Assembly (NCBI GenBank): GCA_020444275.1
Contig: JAHLLG010000001.1
Coordinates: forward strand, 583,773-647,772
Length of the DNA stretch: 64,000 bases
Direction of reading: 5' to 3'
From: Bacteroidota bacterium
Lineage (GTDB): Bacteria; Bacteroidota; Bacteroidia; Bacteroidales; UBA12077
The notes beneath the pieces were generated by a model. That model made no database searches. It had not been told where the DNA came from and saw only the letters and a list, made by a program, of their open reading frames with translations. Of the stretch, positions 1 through 7,507 are shown piece by piece. Made by a program: the position numbers and the translations under genes. Position 1 is the stretch's first letter, and each line of letters opens with the position of its first letter.

Positions 1-504
1 TTGTCTCAGGTTACATCGTTTGAGTTGCCTTTAACTTTAGGTGTTATTGCAATTGCTATGCAATATCAAACACTGAATATTACAGAAATTGTTGCTGCTC
101 AGCAGGGTGGATTTTTAAACTGGACAGTCATAACTAATCCTTTTGCAGCAGCTGCAATGCTAATAGCATTTCTTGGTGCTATGGGACGTTCTCCTTTTGA
201 TGTAGTTCTAGCACCACAAGAAATTCCAATTGGACCACCAACAGAATTTCATTCCGGTTTATTGGGTGTTTTGCAATTGAATCGTGCAATTTTTCCTGTT
301 GCTAAATTGATTCTTTTTATGAATCTATTATTTGGTGGAGCAACCAATTGGTTTGAGTTAATAGTAAAGACATTTTTTATTTATATGTGGTCTGTTTTTG
401 TTGGGGTTGTTTACCCACGATTCAGAGTAGACCAATCAGTGCGATGGTTTTTAACAGTACCATTAATTATTGGAATCATTGCAATTATTTTAATTCGATT
501 TTAA
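1..504 (+). CDS. NuoH/EchB/HyfC-like polytopic membrane subunit of an Ech/Ehr-type complex; C-terminal part, 5' end lies outside the window
   Basis: Open from base 1. Hydrophobic helices plus a loop ..SPFDVVLAPQEIPIGPPTEFHSG.. resembling the PFD..AE.E...G..TEYSG loop of NuoH/HycD-type subunits. Stop is 3 nt before the NuoB-like gene. Confidence 0.7.
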   Translation: MSQVTSFELPLTLGVIAIAMQYQTLNITEIVAAQQGGFLNWTVITNPFAAAAMLIAFLGAMGRSPFDVVLAPQEIPIGPPTEFHSGLLGVLQLNRAIFPVAKLILFMNLLFGGATNWFELIVKTFFIYMWSVFVGVVYPRFRVDQSVRWFLTVPLIIGIIAIILIRF

Positions 505-507
505 GAA

Positions 508-1146
508 ATGAAAGAAGATTTTAAAAAACGGACGGTAATATCACCTGATGGTAAACCGATTGAAATAGATCCTGTTAAAGATTATTTTAGTGATGCTAAG
601 CCTAAGGTATACAAACCTGCGCATCCTGTAATTGAGAAGTTTGCCAATTGGGCACGTGCTAACTCGTTGTGGGTGCTTGGATTTGGAACAGGTTGTGGTG
701 CAATTGAAATGCGTCCGCTGATGACACCCCGATTTGATGCTTACAGATATGGTATTCAGTGGAGACCAACACCAAGACAATCCTCGGTATTTGTTATTTC
801 AGGATACTTATCGGTTAAAACACTTAAACGAGTGGTTCGTACCTATGAGCAGATGCAGAATCCAAAGTTTGTAATTGCCTTGGGTAGCTGCACAATAAAT
901 GGGGGAATGTACTGGGATAGTTACAACACAATCAATCGATTGGATCATTATTTGCCTGTTGATGTGTATGTAGCAGGATGTATGCCTCGTCCGGAATCCT
1001 TATTAACAGGATTCGAAGAATTAAAGAAAATTATAAAAGAAGGTCGTGGAGAAGGTGCTAACAAGTATGCAGAAAATTTCGATTGGTACAAAGCAAACCA
1101 AAAGAAGATTATTAAAGATTGGGATATGCCGGATTATAACTGGTAG
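508..1146 (+). CDS. NuoB/EchC-like (20 kDa, hydrogenase small-subunit-like) Fe-S subunit
   Basis: Motifs FGTGCGAIEM, GSCTINGG and AGCMPRPE match the NuoB FGLACCAxEM / GxCxxxGG / GCPPRPE pattern. The second cysteine of the tandem CC is Gly here. Confidence 0.85.
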   Translation: MKEDFKKRTVISPDGKPIEIDPVKDYFSDAKPKVYKPAHPVIEKFANWARANSLWVLGFGTGCGAIEMRPLMTPRFDAYRYGIQWRPTPRQSSVFVISGYLSVKTLKRVVRTYEQMQNPKFVIALGSCTINGGMYWDSYNTINRLDHYLPVDVYVAGCMPRPESLLTGFEELKKIIKEGRGEGANKYAENFDWYKANQKKIIKDWDMPDYNW

Positions 1147-1186
1147 AAGTAAATATCTTGTAATATAAATACTTAATATTAAAAAA

Positions 1187-1714
1187 ATGAAAGACATAAT
1201 TGACCGAATAAAAACAAAATATACAATATCAGAAGTTGTTGAACAGAGGAAGAATCTAAGTTTTGTAACTGTTTCCAAAGAACAGGCTATCTCCATTATA
1301 ACATTTTTGAGAGATATTGAAGGATTTAAACATCTGGTTTTACTTACTGCAGCTGATTGGATTGAGAATGATAAATTTCAGTTAACTTATTTATTAAATA
1401 ATCCGACTGAAAAGATTGATTTAGGAGTAAGAGTTTTTATTTCCCGAGAGAATGCAAGCATGGAATCAGCTCATCATCTTTGGGAGCAGGTAGCTACTTA
1501 TCAACGTGAATTAAAAGAAATGTTTGGGATTGATTTTCCTGATAGTCCGGGTGTTGATAAACCCTTTATTTTAGAAGGTTGGGAAGATATACCACCTTAT
1601 CGACGTGATTTTGATACAAAACAATATTCTGAAGATACATATTTCCCAAGACCGGGAAGAGAATCAAATGATCCGGCAGAATATATGAAGAAAAAGCTTT
1701 ATCCGAATGAATAA
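1187..1714 (+). CDS. NuoC/EchD-like (30 kDa) subunit
   Basis: 175 aa. Lies between the B-like and D-like genes and overlaps the next gene by 8 nt. The region ..WEQVATYQRELKEMFGIDFPDSPG..PFILEGWE..PPYRRDF resembles the Complex1_30kDa core (ERE..dmfGi.f.gHP..r.il). Confidence 0.7.
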   Translation: MKDIIDRIKTKYTISEVVEQRKNLSFVTVSKEQAISIITFLRDIEGFKHLVLLTAADWIENDKFQLTYLLNNPTEKIDLGVRVFISRENASMESAHHLWEQVATYQRELKEMFGIDFPDSPGVDKPFILEGWEDIPPYRRDFDTKQYSEDTYFPRPGRESNDPAEYMKKKLYPNE

Positions 1715-2897
1715 GAAAAGATTTACCATAAACGAAGACAGATCATTATTCCCAGAAAAAAATGCTGAAGGGAAAATTGATATTGATTTAAGTTCGCATA
1801 AATATCTAAAATTGTGGCAAGGTCCGCAACATCCTGGTATAACCGGTAATATGTCGCTTGAGTTAACAGTACTTGGCGATGAAGTAATGGACTGTGAAAC
1901 ACATGTTGGATATTTACATCGTGGATTTGAAAAATTAATGGAACGACGTAAGTATATTCAATGTTTTCCAATTGTATGTCGGGTAGCTGTACCAGAACCG
2001 GATTTTAATGAGTATTGTTTTGCTTCGGCAATGGAAGAACTTGCAGGCATTGAAGTGCCTGAAATGGCTCAATGGTTAAGAACATTGGTATTGGAAATGT
2101 CTCGACTACAGTCTTATTTAATGTGGATTGGTGGTCAATCCGGTGCTTTTGGTTCCGGAATAATTGGACAATGGTCAATTTACTTACGTGATTTAGTTTT
2201 AGATCGTTTTGAAGAACTTACCGGTGGGCGCGTATATCATATGTATCAATTGCCCGGTGGAGTTCGTGGTTTGTTACCAGACGGATTTAAACAACGCATG
2301 GAAGAAACATTGCTAACCATAGAGAAATTTATGGATGATATCGATAAGGTAATGTTTAACAACGCTGTATTTAAAAAACGTTCGGTAGGAATGGGATATA
2401 TTGATCCTTCATGGGTAAATAAATTCGGAATTACTGGTCCTAATGCACGTGCTGCAGGAATACCTTTAGATGTTCGAAAAGATTATCCATATCTAAAATA
2501 TCCTGAACTGGACTTTGATGTAGTTGTTGGTAAAGATTCTGATATATATACACGTGCAGATATAAGACGAAAAGATCTATTATTAAGTGTTGACCTAATA
2601 CGCCAGATTTTTGCCAAAATGCCTGAGAAGGGTGATATTAAAGCAAAAACACCAAATGTGTTGCACTGGAAGGTGCCAAAAGGAGAAACATATAGCCGTG
2701 CCGAATGTACACGAGGTGAATATGGTTACTATATGGTTTCTGATGGCACTGAATATCCAAGAAGAATCAATGTTCGCGGACCTAGTTATACACATGCAGT
2801 TGCATTGTTAGAAAAAATGATCATTAACACAAATATAGCTGATGTAGCAGGATTAATGGTATCCTTGCATACTTATCCGCCGGAAATTGAACGATAA
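1707..2897 (+). CDS. NuoD / group-4 [NiFe]-hydrogenase large-subunit-like protein lacking NiFe ligands
   Basis: GPQHPG..G start motif, 396 aa. N-terminal R-x-C-G-x-C position reads CRVAVPEP. C-terminal DPCxxC position reads HTYPPEIER. C-terminus is NuoD-like (..GEVDR). Confidence 0.85.
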   Translation: MNKKRFTINEDRSLFPEKNAEGKIDIDLSSHKYLKLWQGPQHPGITGNMSLELTVLGDEVMDCETHVGYLHRGFEKLMERRKYIQCFPIVCRVAVPEPDFNEYCFASAMEELAGIEVPEMAQWLRTLVLEMSRLQSYLMWIGGQSGAFGSGIIGQWSIYLRDLVLDRFEELTGGRVYHMYQLPGGVRGLLPDGFKQRMEETLLTIEKFMDDIDKVMFNNAVFKKRSVGMGYIDPSWVNKFGITGPNARAAGIPLDVRKDYPYLKYPELDFDVVVGKDSDIYTRADIRRKDLLLSVDLIRQIFAKMPEKGDIKAKTPNVLHWKVPKGETYSRAECTRGEYGYYMVSDGTEYPRRINVRGPSYTHAVALLEKMIINTNIADVAGLMVSLHTYPPEIER

Positions 2898-2939
2898 GTT
2901 TATTATTCAAATCAATAAATAAACGAATAAATAGTCATT

Positions 2940-4736
2940 ATGAAACTTAAAGATATATTATCTCCATTTACCGCCTGGAAACATGTAGTAAGAGAGCCTG
3001 TTACCATAAAAGATCCTTTTTCACGCGAAGGAGCCGACAGGTATAGGGGATTTCATAAAAATGATATTGAAACATGTATTGGCTGTGGTACTTGCGAAGA
3101 TATTTGCCAAAATGCAGCTATTGATATGGTTCCCGTAGAAGGTATAGAAACAAAAGACGGTGATAGTGGATTACGTCCACAGATTGATTATGGGAGATGC
3201 TGTTGGTGTGCTTTATGCGTAGATGTTTGTACAACCAATTCATTAAGTCTTTCTAATCATTTTACCTGGGTTGATGAAGATGCTGATGTATTCAGATTCA
3301 TACCTGGTGTAGATAAAAAAGATTGGGATAACGAAGAGCGTGGTTGGAAAAAACCGGAACCAAATTATGAGCTTTACGAAAAGGAAAGAGTTCCAATGCG
3401 AGAGCTTCATCCGGAAGAAAGAGATAAATCTTTTATTGAAATGGTTAAAGGTTATTCCAAAGAAGAAGCTGAGCGCGAAGCAGACCGTTGTGTTGAATGT
3501 GGTATTTGTATTGCTACTTGTCCTGCTCACATGGGTATTCCTGAGTATATCAAGGCCGTTCGTGAAGATAATATCGAAGAAGGATTTAAAAAATTATACG
3601 AAACCAATCCATTACCGGAAATTTGTGGACGTATTTGTACTCATAAATGCGAAACAGTCTGTTCTGTAGGTCATACAGGTGATCCGCTTTCTATTCGCTG
3701 GCTAAAAAGATATATTGCTGATCAGGTTGAATCAGAAGATTATAAGAATATCTTGGGAACAGATGGAATAGAAAATAATGGAAAAAAGATTGCTATTATC
3801 GGATCAGGACCATCCGGTTTATCTGCTGCTCATTATCTTGCATTAATGGGTTATCAGGTTAAAATATTCGAAGCATTTGATAAAGCAGGTGGTATGATGC
3901 GTTATGGAATTCCAGAATATCGTTTGCCTTATGATCAAATCGATAAAGATATTAACTACATATTATCTTTAGGTGTTGAAATTCAATATAATACTAAGGT
4001 AGGAAAAGATGTTTCTTTAGCTGATCTCGAAAAAGAATATGATGCCGTATTTGCAGGAACCGGATTACATTTAGGAAGAAGTACACGTATTCCAGGATCA
4101 GATCATGAAAATGTATACTTTGCTACTGATTTGCTGCGTGAAATTACACAAGGAAAAGAAATTCATGTAGCAGAGAAGATTGTCGTAATTGGAGGTGGTA
4201 ATGTGGCAATGGATATTACTCGTTCGTTAGCACGTTTACAAAACCAGAAATATGGTAAGGTTGATGTTACTGCTACTTCATTAGAATCTGAAGATATAAT
4301 GCCTGCCGATCGCGAAGAAATTGTAGAATCTCGTGAAGAAAAAGCAATCGTTGATCCGGGATGGGGACCTACTTCCATTGAAATTGAAAATAATAAGATT
4401 AAAGGATTACATGTTCAAAAATGTACTTCTGTTTTCGATGAAGAAGGTCGTTTTAATCCTAAGTTTGACGAATCGCAAACAAAATTCTTTGAAGCAGATA
4501 TGATTGTTGAATCAATCGGTCAGGGAATGGATATTGAATATATCAGTAAAGATATTCGTGAACAAATGGAGTTTGATCCACGCGGTAGAATAATTGTTGA
4601 TGATTATTTCCAATCGGGAGCTAAGTGGTTATTTGTTGGTGGAGATATTATTCAAGGACCAGATGTGATTCATGGTATTGCTAATGGACACAGGGCAGCA
4701 ATCGGAATTGATAAGTATTTAAACGAAAAAGCTTAA
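2940..4736 (+). CDS. Fusion protein: NuoI/EchF-type 2x[4Fe-4S] domain plus GltD/NfnB/PreT-like NAD(P)H-FAD oxidoreductase
   Basis: N-terminal CIGCGTCEDIC and CCWCALCVDVC (two CxxCxxCxxxC). Then CVECGICIATCP...CGRICTHKCETVC (GltD N-terminal Fe-S region). Then IAIIGSGPSGLSAA (FAD) and VVIGGGNVAMD (NAD(P)H) Rossmann motifs. Confidence 0.8.
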   Translation: MKLKDILSPFTAWKHVVREPVTIKDPFSREGADRYRGFHKNDIETCIGCGTCEDICQNAAIDMVPVEGIETKDGDSGLRPQIDYGRCCWCALCVDVCTTNSLSLSNHFTWVDEDADVFRFIPGVDKKDWDNEERGWKKPEPNYELYEKERVPMRELHPEERDKSFIEMVKGYSKEEAEREADRCVECGICIATCPAHMGIPEYIKAVREDNIEEGFKKLYETNPLPEICGRICTHKCETVCSVGHTGDPLSIRWLKRYIADQVESEDYKNILGTDGIENNGKKIAIIGSGPSGLSAAHYLALMGYQVKIFEAFDKAGGMMRYGIPEYRLPYDQIDKDINYILSLGVEIQYNTKVGKDVSLADLEKEYDAVFAGTGLHLGRSTRIPGSDHENVYFATDLLREITQGKEIHVAEKIVVIGGGNVAMDITRSLARLQNQKYGKVDVTATSLESEDIMPADREEIVESREEKAIVDPGWGPTSIEIENNKIKGLHVQKCTSVFDEEGRFNPKFDESQTKFFEADMIVESIGQGMDIEYISKDIREQMEFDPRGRIIVDDYFQSGAKWLFVGGDIIQGPDVIHGIANGHRAAIGIDKYLNEKA

Positions 4737-4747
4737 AATAAAATAGT

Positions 4748-5728
4748 ATGATTGACCTTTCGACAGAATACATGGGTTTAAAATTAAAGAACCCAATAAT
4801 TGCAGCTAGTTCAGGTATGACTGATTCAGTTGATAAAATCAAAAAGTTAGCTGATAATGGAGTTGCTGCTGTGGTTTTAAAATCTCTTTTCGAAGAACAA
4901 ATCCGAATGGAGATTGATTCTTTGGGTATGAATAATATGTTCAATTCCTATTCAGATACAGAAAGTTATATTGCCTTTTATACCAAGCAAAACGCCGTTA
5001 GTGAATATTTAAAATTGATTCAGGTTGCAAAAAAAGCTGTTGATATTCCTGTTATTGCTAGTATAAATTGCTATTCTATGGGAGAATGGGTTGAATTTGC
5101 TGAGAAAATTGAAAAAGCAGGCGCTGATGGTATAGAGTTAAATATGTTTATTTTACCTGGAGATACTGAAACCAAAGGTGAAGAAATAGAAAAAAAATAT
5201 TTCGATATTATCGAAAATGTAACAAAACATACTAGTTTGCCGGTTTCAGTTAAGTTGAGTCATTATTTTTCCGGAATGGGAGAGATATTTAAGAGAATTT
5301 CTGAAACACGGGTTAAGGGGATGATTTTATTTAATCGCTTTTATAGTCCGGATGTGGATTTGGATAATGAGGAGATTGTTTCATCAAGAGTTCTTAGTTT
5401 ACCTGAAGAAAATTCAATGTGTATTCGCTGGATAGGAATGTTATCTAATAAAGTATCATCAGATTTATGTGCATCTACCGGAATTATGGATGGTAAGGAT
5501 GCATTAAAAAACATTCTTGTTGGAGCCAAAGCAGTGCAAGTAGCATCTACACTTTATAAAAACAAACCTGAGCAAATAGGTGTAATGTTGAAGCAAATAG
5601 AAGATTGGTTAAAACAGAAAGGATATAAATCCATAGATGAAATAAGGGGAAAACTGAATACGTCAAAACTGAATATGGAACGATACGAAAGAGCTCAATT
5701 CATGAAATATTATTCGAACTACGAATAA
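4748..5728 (+). CDS. Dihydroorotate dehydrogenase-like (DHOD/PreA-like TIM-barrel flavoprotein) protein, copy 1
   Basis: N-terminal L.L.NPII.ASSG, ..ADGIELN.., ..GI..G.DA.k.il.GA.AVQvaS typical of the class-1 DHOD/DPD FMN domain. Starts 11 nt after the GltD-like gene. Confidence 0.75.
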   Translation: MIDLSTEYMGLKLKNPIIAASSGMTDSVDKIKKLADNGVAAVVLKSLFEEQIRMEIDSLGMNNMFNSYSDTESYIAFYTKQNAVSEYLKLIQVAKKAVDIPVIASINCYSMGEWVEFAEKIEKAGADGIELNMFILPGDTETKGEEIEKKYFDIIENVTKHTSLPVSVKLSHYFSGMGEIFKRISETRVKGMILFNRFYSPDVDLDNEEIVSSRVLSLPEENSMCIRWIGMLSNKVSSDLCASTGIMDGKDALKNILVGAKAVQVASTLYKNKPEQIGVMLKQIEDWLKQKGYKSIDEIRGKLNTSKLNMERYERAQFMKYYSNYE

Positions 5729-5733
5729 GAACT

Positions 5734-5761
5734 AAACCGGCTTGGACAGTCGGTTTTTTTA
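5734..5761 (+). terminator. Rho-independent terminator ending the Ech-like operon
   Basis: Hairpin AAACCGGCU / AGUCGGUUU (loop UGGAC) followed by a U run. Confidence 0.6.
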
Positions 5762-5845
5762 TGTACCAAACATCTAATTATGTATATGTGTTGATTTGTT
5801 GTAAATTTATATGTAAATTTACTTTTCAAATAATAATTTAGTCGT

Positions 5846-6328
5846 ATGAAAGTAAGTGAAATATTAGACAAAAAGAAGGAGCAGGGTATAAACAAAATTT
5901 ATACTGTTTCTGAAGTAAGTACTGCATTCGATGCAATTTCTAAATTGGATAACTTAAAAGTGGGATCATTACTTGTTGTAGATTCGAAAGATGAAATAAT
6001 TGGAATTGTATCTGAACGTGATATTTTATATAAATGTTACAATTCCGGAATTCCATTAAAAGAACGTAACATTAAGGATTTGATGACACCAAAAGATAAC
6101 CTGATTATCGGAAAACTAGATGATAAAACCGATTATTTGAGAAGTGTGATGACCGATAGACGAATTCGTCACATACCAATTATTGATGATTCAAACCAGG
6201 TTGTTGGAATAATCTCTTCCGGAGATATTCTTAAAAATGAACTGGAAGTTACCGAAGCAGAAGCACATTTGTTAAGAGAACATATTAAAAATCCTTTTGG
6301 TGTTCATACCTATAAATCTGAAGATTAG
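5846..6328 (+). CDS. CBS domain pair protein
   Basis: 160 aa with two CBS-like units (..VGSLLVVDSKDEIIGIVSERDIL.. and ..IRHIPIIDDSNQVVGIISSGDIL..). Confidence 0.8.
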   Translation: MKVSEILDKKKEQGINKIYTVSEVSTAFDAISKLDNLKVGSLLVVDSKDEIIGIVSERDILYKCYNSGIPLKERNIKDLMTPKDNLIIGKLDDKTDYLRSVMTDRRIRHIPIIDDSNQVVGIISSGDILKNELEVTEAEAHLLREHIKNPFGVHTYKSED

Positions 6329-6353
6329 ATAAAAGTTATATATTTTTTAAACT

Positions 6354-6381
6354 AAAGCCCGGAACTAATTCGGGCTTTTTG
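6354..6381 (+). terminator. Rho-independent terminator
   Basis: AAAGCCCG / CGGGCUUU stem, 9-nt loop, U run. Confidence 0.65.
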
Positions 6382-6461
6382 CTTATGCAGCTTTTTTTGA
6401 TTAAAACATTTAATCTTTTTATCTTGTTCTATCTAAAAGTAGAAATTAAACCATAACAGAA

Positions 6462-7439
6462 ATGATAGATCTCTCAACAAATTATATGGGGTTTAAATTA
6501 GAAAACCCAATTATTGCAGCCAGCTCAGGAATGACAGATAGTGTTGATAAAATAAAAAACCTGGAAGTGAATGGAGTAGGTGCCGTAGTACTGAAATCAT
6601 TATTCGAAGAGCAAATCATGATGGAGATAGACAAAACTACGGCTCAAAACTTATATAATACATATGGTGATGCAGAGGAATACATCGAGTATTATACTCG
6701 TAAGCATAACATAGATAATTATTTACATCTGATTGAAAAGTCAAAAGCTGAAGTGGATATTCCTGTTATTGCAAGTTTAAATAGTTTCTCTGTTGGGCGT
6801 TGGGTTGATTTTGCTGAAAAAATAGAATCTGCAGGAGCGGATGGAATTGAATTGAATCTTTTTTTACTACCAGGTGATCAAAAGTTTAGCGGGCAGGAAA
6901 TAGAGAATATTTACCTGGATATTATCCGAAGCGTGAGGAAAAATACAACCTTGCCCATTGCAGTTAAGTTGAGTTCATATTTTACCGGTTTGGCCGATTC
7001 GCTCATCAAAATGTCTAAAGAGCAAGTATCAGCCATGGTATTGTTTAATCGTTTTTATAGCCCCGATGTTGATTTGGAGAATGAGCAAATTGTTTCGTCA
7101 AGAATTTTTAGCTTACCCGAAGAAAATTCAAACTGTATTCGTTGGATTGGAATACTTTCTGATAAAGTGGATTGCGATTTAGCGGCATCAACAGGAATAG
7201 TCGATGGCTACGATGCACTTAAGAATTTATTGGTTGGCGCAAAAGCGGTTCAGGTTGCATCTACACTTTATAAAAATACTGCCAAACAAATTGGTATCAT
7301 GAAACATCAAATGGAAGTTTGGATGAACGAGAAAGGATATAAATCTCTGGATGAGATTATAGGAAAACTCAGCTATAAAAAGATTGAAAAGCCAATGATT
7401 TATGAGCGTGCACAGTTTATGAAATACTTTCAGAAGTAA
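6462..7439 (+). CDS. Dihydroorotate dehydrogenase-like protein, copy 2 (paralogue of 4748-5728)
   Basis: Collinear with copy 1 over its full length (MIDLST.YMG.KL.NPIIAASSGMTDSVDKIK...). Same substituted active-site stretch. Confidence 0.75.
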   Translation: MIDLSTNYMGFKLENPIIAASSGMTDSVDKIKNLEVNGVGAVVLKSLFEEQIMMEIDKTTAQNLYNTYGDAEEYIEYYTRKHNIDNYLHLIEKSKAEVDIPVIASLNSFSVGRWVDFAEKIESAGADGIELNLFLLPGDQKFSGQEIENIYLDIIRSVRKNTTLPIAVKLSSYFTGLADSLIKMSKEQVSAMVLFNRFYSPDVDLENEQIVSSRIFSLPEENSNCIRWIGILSDKVDCDLAASTGIVDGYDALKNLLVGAKAVQVASTLYKNTAKQIGIMKHQMEVWMNEKGYKSLDEIIGKLSYKKIEKPMIYERAQFMKYFQK

Positions 7440-7463
7440 TAATTCATATGTTAATAGTTAACA

Positions 7464-7493
7464 AAAGTCAGCATGTTATTTGCTGACTTTTTA
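7464..7493 (+). terminator. Rho-independent terminator
   Basis: AAAGUCAGCA / UGCUGACUUU 10-bp stem, 7-nt loop, U run. Confidence 0.65.
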
Positions 7494-7507
7494 ATTATAT
7501 TTGTTTT

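Noticed and set aside
7496-7503. TATATTTG box only 5 nt before the ATG at 7508, which could imply a leaderless mRNA.
   Set aside because: The spacing is too tight to tell a real -7 box from chance in an AT-rich spacer that also contains the upstream terminator's U tract. It is not reported as a feature.
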